This document shows positions 9,485-18,940 of a stretch of 64,000 bases of DNA, one piece after another. Each line of letters starts with the position of its first letter. Positions within the stretch are counted from its first letter, which is position 1. A model generated the notes under the pieces. It had not been told where the DNA came from. It searched no databases and worked only from the letters and a program-made list of their open reading frames with translations. A program made the translations under genes and the position numbers. The DNA is from an uncultured Chloroflexia bacterium. GTDB lineage: Bacteria; Chloroflexota; Chloroflexia; QHBQ01; JAICKM01. The stretch is taken from positions 1,115,513 through 1,179,512 of the forward strand of contig CAWARZ010000002.1 in the NCBI GenBank assembly GCA_963784695.1, in the 5' to 3' direction.

Positions 9485-11132
9485 CTACTCGTAGGGCACC
9501 TCGACGGCGACGCGGGTGCCCGGCCCCTCCGGGCGCGGCCCGATGGTGAAGCGGCCGCCCAGCTGTTCGGCACGCTCGCGCATGCTGGTCAGCCCGAGGG
9601 TGCTGGTGTTGCGGCCGCGGCTGCCGTCGGGCAGGCCCTGGCCGTTGTCGTCGACGGTCAGGCGCACGTGGCCGTCGCTCGCGCTCAGCGTCACCCACGC
9701 CTGTGTGGCTCCGGCGTGCTTCGCCACGTTGGTCAGCGCCTCCTGCGTGATACGGTAGAGCGCTTTCTCGAGCGGGAACGACCAGCGCTGCTGGCCGTCC
9801 GCGCGTAGCTCGACCTCGATGCTGTTGCGCTCGCGGAAGAGGGCGACATGCTTGCGCAGCACGGGCACCAGCCCCTCCTCCTCCAGGTTCGCCGGACGCA
9901 GCTCGAAGATCAGCGTGCGCATCTCCTTGAGCGCCGTGTGCGACGTCTCCTGGAGGCGGCCGATCTGCACCTGCGCGGCCTCGGGGTTGCTGTCGAACAA
10001 GGCGGCGGCGGCCTCGGCATTCAGCACCATGCTGAAGAGCATCTGCGAGATCGAGTTCGTGTAGCTCGCGCGCCAGGCGGTTGCGCTCTTCGAGCACGGC
10101 GAGCTCGCGCGAGCGGTCGTAAAGCCGCGCGTTATCGAGCGCGATCGCCGCCTGATTGGCGAAGGCCATGACGGTCTGGCCATCCTCGGCGTCGTAGGCG
10201 CCGGGCCGCACGCAGTCGAGCGTGAGCGCGCCGATGACCTGCTCGCGCACGCGCAGCGGCACGCCGATCCAGGCGCGGGTCAGGTGGCCGCGCTGGTGGT
10301 CGAACGCCGGCTCGCTCACCACGTCCGTCAGCACGATCGGACTCGCCTCGGTCAGCAGCTGCCGGGTGAGCGGGTTGCTGCTCGGGTCGAAGCGCGCGCC
10401 GAGCACGGCGCCCGGGTCGGCGAAGCCGCGGCAGGCGATGATGCGCAGCACGCCCTGGATGCGCCACATGATCGTGGCCGTATCGTACGGCACGACCTCG
10501 GCGAGCTGCTCCAGGATGCGGTCCATGACGCGGTTGAGCTCCAGGGTCGAGGTGATCAACGCGGTGCTGCGGTTGAGCGCGCTGATCTCGCGCACGCGGC
10601 GCTCCAGCAGCTGCGACTGCCGGGCCAGCTGGGCGTTCTGTGCCTGCAGTTGCTCCTGGCTGTGCGTCAGCAAGTCGACCTGCTCGGCCAGGCGGCGGTT
10701 GAGCTGCAGCGAATAGAGCTTGCTGACCTGAATGATGATCCAGTGGAGCACGGTGTCGAGCTCGGCGAGCAGGCGCAGGGCGTTGTCGGCCTCCCACTGC
10801 GCCTCGCGCCAGATGATCGGCAGCACGGCCTCTTTGAGCAAGAGGTTACCCTGGATCACCTCGGAGATGTCGAAGCCCTGGCGCACGCGCGTCTCGCAGG
10901 AGCCGGTCAGGTGCTCCTCGAGCTCGCGGCGCGATCCGCGGCGGAAGAGGGCCGTCATGGCGACCAGCTCGTCGCGCAGGCAGCTCTGCAGCTCGATGAC
11001 GGGCAGGCCGGCGAAGCGCGAGTGGGGCAGGGCTGACAGCAGGCGCACCCACGCCGCCACGACCTCTTCGCGGTAGCCTTCGAGCAGCGCCGCCAGTTCG
11101 GCGGTCGCGCCGGCCTTCGGATCGGTTACCAT
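9485..11132 (-). CDS. GAF-domain sensor histidine kinase (HisKA_3/NarX-type), frameshifted as sequenced
   Basis: Starts at ATG 11132 (MVTDPKAGATAEL...). Coiled coil plus GAF in track ORF 9249..11405, up to ...EERNRLARELH. The continuation (SISQMLFS...HATPase, GLTSMRERAEQLGG) is in ORF 9485..10183. Frame switch near 10053-10062. The span is 1648 nt = 3n+1. Confidence 0.85.
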
Positions 11133-11200
11133 CTCCCCTGGTCCCCCCGACTCCAGGCGCGGGGCCGCGGCCGCGATGCTGCCGGATGAGCGAACACCGG

Positions 11201-11989
11201 CTACAGGTAGTGCCCCATACCGCCCGAGACGTCGATCGAGGCGCCGGTGATGTAGCTGGCTCGTGCGGAACTCAGGAACGCCACGACCGCGGCGACCTCC
11301 TCGGCGCGCCCAAAGCGTCCCAGCAGCGTATAACGGCGGGCCATGGAGCCATAGAACGCTTCGGGCGAGAGGTCGGGCGCGTTCTTCTGATGGATCGCCT
11401 CCCACTGCGGCGTCTCGACGAAGCCGATGTTCACGCTGTTGACCAGGATGGCCGGCGCAAGCTCGGCCGCGAGCGCCTTGCTGAAGGCGATGCAGGCCGC
11501 GCGGTTGGTGCTGGTGGCGAAGAACGCCGGATCCGGGTCCTTGCCGAAGACCGCGTTGATGTTGACGATGCGGCCGCCGTCGCCGGCCCGCAGCAGCGGG
11601 ATGGCCGCGCGGCAGCAGCGGATCATGCTGAAGAGCTTAACCTGCAGGTCGATGGCCCAATCGGCGTCGGACAGGTCGCCGAAGCGGCCGGCGGTGGGCC
11701 GCCCGGCGTTGTTGACCAGGATGTCGAGCCGCCCGAAGTGCTGGCCGACACGCTGGAAGAGGTTGACCACGTCGCTCGGGTTGGTGACGTCGGCGGGCAC
11801 GGCGAGCACCCGGTTGGCCGCTTGCGTCTCGCTGGCGATCTCCGCCGCGGCCTCTTGCAGCGCGGCGGCGTTGCGCGCGCAGACGGCCACGTTGGCCCCC
11901 TCATGCACGAGCTCGAGGGCAACGGCCCGGCCGATGCCCTTCGAGGCGCCCGTAACCAGCGCGACCTTGTTGCGCAGTCCGAGGTCCAT
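11201..11989 (-). CDS. Short-chain dehydrogenase/reductase (SDR)
   Basis: VALVTGASKGIGRAVA (TGxxxGxG) and the NNAG motif. 262 aa, typical classical SDR length. Confidence 0.9.
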   Translation of the reverse strand: MDLGLRNKVALVTGASKGIGRAVALELVHEGANVAVCARNAAALQEAAAEIASETQAANRVLAVPADVTNPSDVVNLFQRVGQHFGRLDILVNNAGRPTAGRFGDLSDADWAIDLQVKLFSMIRCCRAAIPLLRAGDGGRIVNINAVFGKDPDPAFFATSTNRAACIAFSKALAAELAPAILVNSVNIGFVETPQWEAIHQKNAPDLSPEAFYGSMARRYTLLGRFGRAEEVAAVVAFLSSARASYITGASIDVSGGMGHYL

Positions 11990-12049
11990 GTGTCTCCTTG
12001 CGCCGCGTGTCCGCAGCGTCGGGGGCCGGCGCGGGGCGCCGGCCCGCGC

Positions 12050-13489
12050 TCAGCCGCCGCCGGCCGGCGTGGCATCCTTGCCGGGGATGCCCGGCTCGGT
12101 CATGTTGCGTGGGTCGAGGATGCGGTCGAGCTCCTCGGCCGGTAGCAGGCCCTGCTCCAGCACGATCTGGCGGATCGGCTTACCCGTCTTCAGCGCCTCC
12201 TTGACGACCGTCGCGGCGTTCGCGTAACCGATGTAGGGATTCAGCGCCGTCGCCAGGCCCATCGAGTGCTCGACCATGTAGTGGGCGCGCTCCTCGTTTG
12301 CCGTGATGCCCTCCACGTTGAACTCGGTGACCACGCGCAGCGCGTTCTTGAGCAGATCCACGCTGAACAGCGTGCTGAAGGCCATCTGCGGCATCATCAC
12401 GTTCAGCTCCAGCTGCCCCTCGGACACGGCCAGGGCCACGGCGGTGTCGTTGCCGACGACCTGGTTGCAGACCATGGTCAGCATCTCGAACATGACCGGG
12501 TTGACCTTGCCGGGCATGATGCTGGACCCGGGCTGCACGGCGGGCAGGGTGATCTCCATGATGCCCGTCTGCGGCCCGCTGCTCATGAAGCGCATGTCGT
12601 GGCTGATGCGGATCAACTCCAGCGCCAGGTTGCGCAGCGCGCTCGAGATCTCGGCCATGGCGTACTGCGACTGCGTCATCTCGACCAGGTGCTCGGCCGC
12701 ATGCAGCGGCAGCCTGGTCAGGGCGGCGAGGTTCTGCACCATCGCCTGCTGGTAGCGCGGGTCGCTGTTCAGGCCGGTGCCCGCCGCGGTCGCGCCGATG
12801 TTGAGCTCGAGCAGGGCCTCGGCGGCGCGGCGGATCTTGTCGCGCATCTTGAAGAGGACGCGGCTGTAAGCCGTGAACTCCTGCCCGAGGCGGATCGGCA
12901 CCGCATCCTGCATATGCGTGCGGCCCGACTTCACGATGTGGTCGAACTCGCGGCCCTTGGCGGCGTAGGCCTCGGCCATCATCGTCAGCGAGGGATATAG
13001 CTGCTCGAGGTCCCAGAGTACGGCGATACGCATGGAGGTCGGGAAGACGTCGTTGGTCGACTGCGCCATGTTGACATGGTCGTTCGGGTGCACGGGCTTG
13101 TAGGCGCCGCGCGGCTGCCCCAGGATCTCGTTGGCCCGGTTCGCCAGCACCTCGTTGGTGTTCATGTTATGCGAGGTGCCCGCGCCCGCCTGGAAGGGAT
13201 CGACGCGGAAGTCACCGCGGTGGGCGCCACTCAGCACCTCGTCGGCGGCCGCGATGATCGCCTGGGCGCGCTCGTCGTCTAGCTGGCCGAGTTGGCGGTT
13301 AGTCAGCGCGGCGGCCTTCTTGACCGCGACGATGGCCTCGATCATGAGGGGGTGGGGCGCCCAGCCGGTAATGGGAAAATTGTGGATCGCGCGCACGGTC
13401 TGGGCGCCGTAGAGCGCGTCGGCGGGGACTTCAACCTCGCCAAGCGAGTCCCGTTCCACGCGCGTCGTCGGGGTGGACGTGTCGCTCAT
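12050..13489 (-). CDS. aspA: Aspartate ammonia-lyase (fumarase/aspartase superfamily)
   Basis: GSSIMPGKVNPVMFEM signature, QAGAGTSHNMNTNEVLANRA and TNDVFPT. The NPV context after the GSSxMPxKxN loop favours aspartase over FumC. Confidence 0.85.
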   Translation of the reverse strand: MSDTSTPTTRVERDSLGEVEVPADALYGAQTVRAIHNFPITGWAPHPLMIEAIVAVKKAAALTNRQLGQLDDERAQAIIAAADEVLSGAHRGDFRVDPFQAGAGTSHNMNTNEVLANRANEILGQPRGAYKPVHPNDHVNMAQSTNDVFPTSMRIAVLWDLEQLYPSLTMMAEAYAAKGREFDHIVKSGRTHMQDAVPIRLGQEFTAYSRVLFKMRDKIRRAAEALLELNIGATAAGTGLNSDPRYQQAMVQNLAALTRLPLHAAEHLVEMTQSQYAMAEISSALRNLALELIRISHDMRFMSSGPQTGIMEITLPAVQPGSSIMPGKVNPVMFEMLTMVCNQVVGNDTAVALAVSEGQLELNVMMPQMAFSTLFSVDLLKNALRVVTEFNVEGITANEERAHYMVEHSMGLATALNPYIGYANAATVVKEALKTGKPIRQIVLEQGLLPAEELDRILDPRNMTEPGIPGKDATPAGGG

Positions 13490-14230
13490 GCTATTCGCTT
13501 GCTCCTTGGTGCGGGGCGCGGACCGCGCCCGGCGGTTCCTGCGGCGTCGCTTCCTCCGCGCACGCGCGAAGGAACGGCCCGACCGGCTCGGCCGGGCCCT
13601 GCTGCCATTCTATCACCCGCCCCGGATGAGCGTCAAGGACGGCGGACGGGGGTATCGCGCGGCGGGGTTGCCCGGCAGTCCCGGCTGCGGGCAACAACCA
13701 CGAAGCCCGCCTACGCGGAGTGGGACGCGGGCGGGGTGGGCGCCGGGGAGCGCGGCGGTGGGGGAAACGAGCCGACGCGAATAAGCGAATGCGCCTATGG
13801 CGCGCGCGAATAGCGAATGTAGTGGGGGAGCGGGGTCGGGATGGAGCGCGCGGGCGGCGGGGCGAGCCCCTCACCCCTGGCCCTCTCCCGATAGTCAGGC
13901 GAGGGGCGCAGGTTCGGCCTGCCCTCGCCGCCGACCGTGGGCGGACGGGTGCGTCGCCGGCGCGGCGTGGAGCGGCGTGGCCTGGCGCGGATCGGGGGCC
14001 GCGAGATGTTCATCCGGCACAATTATGCGGCGGTCGCCGCCTGACGAAGCGCCATACGACAGCGGATCAGGGCGACCCCGCGACCGGGGGCCATGCATAC
14101 AGGATCGACGCCGGCCATGTCCTGACCGCCGCCCATCCGGACTCCCAATATCGGTCTTTCGACGGATCTCAAGGTTCACCCGCTGTGTTACACTGGCAAT
14201 GCGCCTTGAGAGGCGGACTCTGTAGAAAGG

Positions 14231-14515
14231 ATGGCGGACGCAATGCTAAAGACTCACACCACTATGCTCGCGCTCAGCGGCAGCCCGTGGCTTCGCATGC
14301 CCACCGGTTCGCCGCGCCTTAGCGCGCTCGCCTGCCCGCACACGGCCACGCCATCCTTCGTTTCCCCGAAGCACCATGTCGTCGCGCCCGCTGCCACGCA
14401 GGGGACCGATCGGCGCGCGCGCATGGCGATGTTTGTCGATTTCGAAGCCGGCCGGATCGCGCTGCCCATCGGACAGGGATATGGCCGTAGTGCGCCCATC
14501 GCTCGGAGGTGTTGA
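14231..14515 (+). CDS. Candidate small protein (94 aa) or untranslated transcript ending at the 14555 terminator
   Basis: The ORF has moderately high GC3 and aaagg directly before the ATG. Its stop is 40 nt before a strong intrinsic terminator on the same strand. No homology recognised. Confidence 0.3.
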   Translation: MADAMLKTHTTMLALSGSPWLRMPTGSPRLSALACPHTATPSFVSPKHHVVAPAATQGTDRRARMAMFVDFEAGRIALPIGQGYGRSAPIARRC

Positions 14516-14554
14516 GGTTGTCCTCCACCTGACCAGAGCTCTGCTAGACAGAGT

Positions 14555-14596
14555 GAGCCGTGGGCCAAGCGAAATCGCCGCCCACGGCTCTTTTTA
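14555..14596 (+). terminator. Rho-independent terminator
   Basis: gagccgtgggc (14555-14565) pairs with gcccacggctc (14580-14590). An inner gcg-aaat-cgc extension adds to the stem, followed by ttttta (14591-14596). The reverse strand lacks a U-tract, so it acts on plus-strand transcripts only. Confidence 0.75.
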
Positions 14597-14658
14597 TGTC
14601 TCCGGACATGCCGGATGTGGGGCGGCCAGGGGAATAGGACAAGGGAGACCACTAACCG

Positions 14659-14976
14659 ATGAGCACCTCGCAGATCAGCCCGGCCACGCACGCTGGGCCG
14701 CGAATGGAGCGGACCACCCGGGATCGGGCGAGCACGGGTGGCGACGAGCGCATGGTATGGCGCCCTGAGGAGGCAGTTGCGATGGAACGGGCAGTAAAGC
14801 GATCCCGCATCATAGGCTTCGATGTCTGGAACTTCAGCATCGAGATCCGGCATCAGGTGCGGGCGGCGGCACAGCAGGGCGAGCGCCTGGAGGCGGCCGC
14901 GCAGCGGGCGGCCCTCCGCCGGGAGGTGGACCGAGATCGGGCCGCTGCTCGGGAGCGATTCCTGCTGGGTCGCTAA
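14659..14976 (+). CDS. Hypothetical protein (105 aa)
   Basis: aagggaga about 10 nt before ATG 14659. Strongly GC3-biased codons. The C-terminal part is Arg/Ala-rich and helical. No family recognised. Confidence 0.5.
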   Translation: MSTSQISPATHAGPRMERTTRDRASTGGDERMVWRPEEAVAMERAVKRSRIIGFDVWNFSIEIRHQVRAAAQQGERLEAAAQRAALRREVDRDRAAARERFLLGR

Positions 14977-15073
14977 TCACCAACCGCACATCCCGGCAAG
15001 GGCGGCACGGGCCGCCCTTGCCCCCGGGGCCCGGGCCGGCACCTGCCGGCCGCGGGCCGAAAGGATACCAGCT

Positions 15074-16069
15074 ATGACCAACACCACCCGCACCCGCTAC
15101 CGCGAACAGGTCCATCTCGCGAGTGGCGACTTCGTCTTTCGTGGCGCCGACCTCGACGCCGATGTCCCCCGCCTCGTCACCCTGGTCAATGCGGTCGCCG
15201 CCGCCGACGGCACCGAGGATGCGCAGACCGAGGACGAGCTCCGCGCCGATCTGACATCGCCCAGCTTCGATCCGGGCCGGGACGAGATCCTGGTCGAGCA
15301 CCCGGACGATCCGACAATCGTGATCGCCGAGGCGTTCGCCTGGCGCGTGGCGGGTGGGAACCCGCGGGCCTACGTGGGCGGCCGCGTGCTGCCCGCCTGG
15401 CGCCGCCGCGGCCTGGGCACCGCGCTGCTGGCGCGCGCGTTGGCGCGCGCCCGCGAGCAGCAGGCCGCCTATGTCGACAGCGGCGCCGAAACCCGGCAGG
15501 CTGCCGGCCACGCCTTCCTGCAGCAGCACGGCTTCCAACCGGTCCAGACCTGGGTTGAGATGCGCTTCCCGCCCGACGCGGCCGTGCCCGCGCCTGTCTG
15601 GCCGGACGGCTACACGCTGCGTACCTACGATGCCGTGCAGGACCCCGCGGTGCTGACCGAGGCACTCAACCGGGGCTTCATCGGCCACTGGGAGAACCGC
15701 GAGCGTACCGACGAGGAGACGCTGCATCGCCTGGAGGGTCCCAGCGTGCGGCCCGAGGGCATCTTCCTGGCCTTCGGCCCGGTGGGTGACGTGGCGGGAG
15801 TCTGCTGGACCGATATCAGCGCGGCACGCAACGAGCGCCGCGGCGAATCGATCGGCTACATCAACAGCCTGGCGGTCGTGCCCGAGCACCGGCGCTACGG
15901 GCTGGGGCGGGCCCTGCTGCTCACCGGCATGCAGTGGCTGCGGGCGCAGGGCCAGCGGGCCGTCGAGCTCGACGCCGTCGGCGACAATGAGATGGCGCTG
16001 CCGCTCTACGAGGCCGTCGGCTACGGAGTGCGCAAGCAAGGCACCGACTATCGCCAGGAGCTAACTTGA
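15074..16069 (+). CDS. Tandem-domain GNAT N-acetyltransferase (MshD-like architecture), paralog 1
   Basis: Track ORF 14822..16069 trimmed to ATG 15074 (MTNTTRTRYREQ...). Two GNAT domains: VLPAWRRRGLGTALL and LAVVPEHRRYGLGRALLLTGMQWL. The inter-domain motif is ALNRGFIGHW. Confidence 0.85.
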   Translation: MTNTTRTRYREQVHLASGDFVFRGADLDADVPRLVTLVNAVAAADGTEDAQTEDELRADLTSPSFDPGRDEILVEHPDDPTIVIAEAFAWRVAGGNPRAYVGGRVLPAWRRRGLGTALLARALARAREQQAAYVDSGAETRQAAGHAFLQQHGFQPVQTWVEMRFPPDAAVPAPVWPDGYTLRTYDAVQDPAVLTEALNRGFIGHWENRERTDEETLHRLEGPSVRPEGIFLAFGPVGDVAGVCWTDISAARNERRGESIGYINSLAVVPEHRRYGLGRALLLTGMQWLRAQGQRAVELDAVGDNEMALPLYEAVGYGVRKQGTDYRQELT

Positions 16070-16151
16070 GCAAGGGCCGGGGTCCGTGGGGCCCCGGCCC
16101 TTCGTTGTGTCTGGGCCGCACCCGTGCCCTGAAGAGGAGTAAGACAAGAAC

Positions 16152-17168
16152 ATGGCGCAGATAACCGAAGCCCCGACCGGCCGGCCCGGCGCGGACGCGC
16201 CCTTCGCGTTTCGCCCGCTCGATCTGGCCGGCGACGTGCCGCGGCTGACCCGGCTGCACAACGAGATCGAGGCGGTGGAGCACCTGGGCGAGACGGTCAC
16301 CGAGACGGAGATGCGCGGCCGGCTGACCTGGCCGGGCACCGACCCGGCCCGTGACCGCCGCGTGCTCGCCGACCCGGCCGATCCCGACCGCCTCATCGCG
16401 GCCGCGAACGTGAACAAGGGCGGCGACACCGCGCATTTCTGGCTGAATATCCTCGTCCACCCCGACCGGCAGCGCCACGGTATCGGCGGCGCGCTGCTGG
16501 CCTGGGGGCTGGGCCGCGCCCGGGAGCAGGGCGCAGCTTACGTCACCAGCGGGGCGCACAGCCGCCAGCCCGGCCGCCACGCTTTCCTGCGCAAACACGG
16601 CTTCGTGCCCGGTGCGATCTGGATCTTCATGCGCGCCCCGGCCGAGACCGTCTTGCCTGAGCCGCAAGTGCCACCGGGTTTCCGCATCGTGCCCTACGCG
16701 ACGATCGACGACGTGGACGTGCTGGCCACCGCGCTCAACCGGGGCTTCATCGGCCACTACCATCACCGCGACCTGACCCGCGCCGAGTTCGAGCACTGGC
16801 TGCAGAAACCGGGGCTGCGCCGCGACGGCATTTTCATCGCCCTCGGCCCGGACGGCGCGCCCGCCGGGATCTGCTGGACCGACACGAGCCCGGAACTGAG
16901 CGCGCGGCGCGGCACGCCCACGGGCTACATCGACGACCTGGGGGTCGTGCCCGAGCACCGGCGCCGCGGCCTCGGCCGCGCGCTGCTGCTCACCGGCATG
17001 CACTGGCTGCGGGGGCAGGGCCTGCCGACGATCGAGCTCGACGCCTGGGGCCATAATGACCTGGCCGTGCCGCTCTACGAGGCCACGGGCTTCGCGGTCA
17101 CGGAGCAGGGCACGGAATACCGCTACGACTTCCCGGAATCGACCGGGGCCGTGATCGCACAGGAGTAA
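16152..17168 (+). CDS. Tandem-domain GNAT N-acetyltransferase, paralog 2
   Basis: Same architecture: VHPDRQRHGIGGALL, ALNRGFIGHY, LGVVPEHRRRGLGRALLLTGMHWL. Confidence 0.85.
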   Translation: MAQITEAPTGRPGADAPFAFRPLDLAGDVPRLTRLHNEIEAVEHLGETVTETEMRGRLTWPGTDPARDRRVLADPADPDRLIAAANVNKGGDTAHFWLNILVHPDRQRHGIGGALLAWGLGRAREQGAAYVTSGAHSRQPGRHAFLRKHGFVPGAIWIFMRAPAETVLPEPQVPPGFRIVPYATIDDVDVLATALNRGFIGHYHHRDLTRAEFEHWLQKPGLRRDGIFIALGPDGAPAGICWTDTSPELSARRGTPTGYIDDLGVVPEHRRRGLGRALLLTGMHWLRGQGLPTIELDAWGHNDLAVPLYEATGFAVTEQGTEYRYDFPESTGAVIAQE

Positions 17169-17173
17169 GCTGC

Positions 17174-17860
17174 ATGTCCCAACCGGAGGCCGCCGAACCC
17201 GCCGCTCCCGCGGCCATCACCTTGCAGGCCGACGATGTCGCCGCGCTGGAGCAGGCGCTCGCGTGGAGCAAGGCGCTGGCGGCTCCCACACGCCTGGCGC
17301 TGCTGGGCGCGCTGGCCGCGCGGCCCGGCGAGGCCGTGGCGCTCGCCGACCTGGCCGCTCGCGCGGGGTCCGGCGCGGCGCGGCTCGACCGCGAGATCGC
17401 CATCCTGGCCGAGGCCGGGCTGGTCGAGGTGGTTGAGTGGACGGCGCCGGGGCCGGGGCAGGAGCCGCGGCCCGCCCGCGTCGCCTTCAATCGCGCCTAC
17501 CTGCAGGCCGCCCCCGGCGTCATCGCGGCGCTGCACCGCGCCGTCGCCCAGGCGCGACCGGAACCGGCGGCCCCCGCGCCCGACGAGCGCACGCGCGTCC
17601 TCGAGCGCTTGTTCCAGGGCGGCCGCCTGCTTAGCTGGCCCGCCCAGTACAAGCGCCAGTTCTGGGTGACCGAGGCGGTGGCCCGCGCCTTCGAGCCCGG
17701 GCGGGCCTACAGCGAACGCGAGGTCGACGCGATCCTGAAAGACGTCTACGCCGTCGACCATTGCACCCTGCGCCGCTTTCTGGTCGACCTGCACTTCCTG
17801 GAGCGCGACCATAACATCTATTGGAAAGCTGCGGAGCAGCCACAAGGAGCTACCCCATGA
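17174..17860 (+). CDS. ArsR-like wHTH plus DUF2087-domain transcriptional regulator
   Basis: N-terminal LAAPTRLALLGALAARPGEAVALADLAARAG (ArsR-type HTH). The C-terminal part, LSWPAQYKRQFWVTEAVARAFEPGRAYSEREVDAILKDVYAVDHCTLRRFLVDLHFLERD, fits the DUF2087 pattern. Confidence 0.75.
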   Translation: MSQPEAAEPAAPAAITLQADDVAALEQALAWSKALAAPTRLALLGALAARPGEAVALADLAARAGSGAARLDREIAILAEAGLVEVVEWTAPGPGQEPRPARVAFNRAYLQAAPGVIAALHRAVAQARPEPAAPAPDERTRVLERLFQGGRLLSWPAQYKRQFWVTEAVARAFEPGRAYSEREVDAILKDVYAVDHCTLRRFLVDLHFLERDHNIYWKAAEQPQGATP

Positions 17861-18865
17861 CCAAACTTGCCGGATCCGGCCGGAGCGCCGGTGCGACTGA
17901 GAATACGTTCGTGAGCCGTCCCTTCGCCTGGGACGCGGACCTGGCCGCGTCCGTGCGCCTACGCAACGAAACCGACACCGTCGACCAGACCGACACGGCG
18001 ACCACGGAAGCCGAACAGCGCGTGCGCCTGACCGCGCCCGACCATGACCCGGCGCGCGACCGCTGGGTCGTCGAGGAGCCGGGCCATCCCGACCGCCTGA
18101 TCGCCGAGGGCGTGGCCTGGAAGGGCACGCACGCGCCCGATGCCTGGCTGGGCCTCACGGTGCACCCCGCCTGGCGCCGCCGTGGGCTCGCCAGCATGCT
18201 GCTGCCCCGCCTGATCGCCCGCGCCCGCGAGCAGGGCGCCGAATACGTCACCTCGGGCACGAACGAGCGCGTGCCCGCCGGCCCGGCCTTCTTGCAGGCG
18301 CACGGCTTCCGGCCCACGACCACCTGGTACGACATGCAGACGCCGCGCCACCTCGACGTGGCCGCGCCGCAGGTGCCGCGGGGCTATCAGAATCCGGCCT
18401 TACAGCGAGGTGCAGGACCTCGACGCGCTGCTGGTCGCGCTCAACCGCGGCTTCATCGGCCACTGGGGGCATCACGACGAGACCCCCGAAGACATCGAGC
18501 ACTGGCTGAAGGCGCCCGATACCCAGCCCGACGGCATCTTCCTGGCCTTCGGCCCGGCGGGCGACGTAGCCGGCCTCTCCTGGAACGAGATCAACCCGGC
18601 GCGCAGCGCCCGCCGCGGCGGCGTGCCGACCGGCTACGTCGACAGCCTGGCGGTCGTGCCCGAGCACCGGCGCCACGGCCTGGGCCGCGCACTGCTGCTG
18701 ACCGGCATGCGCTGGATGCGCGACAACGGCATGGAGATGTACGAGCTCGGCGCCTGGGGCGAGAACGAGATGGCCTTGCCGCTCTACTTCGGCGTCGGCT
18801 ACGACGTGGCGCAGCGCGGCCAGGAATTCCGCTGGGACTTCCCGGCCCCGCCCGCCGGCAGCTAA
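17857..18865 (+). CDS. Tandem-domain GNAT N-acetyltransferase, paralog 3, frameshifted as sequenced
   Basis: ATG 17857 overlaps the upstream stop (ATGA) and has AAGGAG at 17845-17850. The first GNAT domain is in track ORF 17821..18885, up to ...VPRGY. The continuation (RIRPYSEVQDLDALLVALNRGFIGHW...) is in ORF 18410..18865. Switch near 18388. The span is 1009 nt = 3n+1. Confidence 0.8.
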
Positions 18866-18940
18866 GCCCCGGCCCACGACAATGAACGACCCCGGGGCGC
18901 CGTGCAGGCGCCCCGGGGTCGGTTCCGTTTACGCGGCCGG

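Noticed and set aside
13860-13935. Short segment cccctcacccctggccctctccc ... ggcgagggg, which resembles GC-rich palindromic repeats I recall from other bacterial genomes
   Set aside because: There is a single imperfect copy without a convincing inverted partner in this window, so it cannot be evaluated without a genome-wide census.
13900-14600. tmRNA, RNase P RNA, SRP RNA or a riboswitch in the gene-poor region
   Set aside because: None of the conserved cores is visible by eye (GGAAAGTCCGG for RNase P, a tRNA-like 3' end with a tag ORF ending ALAA for tmRNA, GGAAGCAGC-type for SRP, a B12 box). Only a covariance-model scan could settle this.
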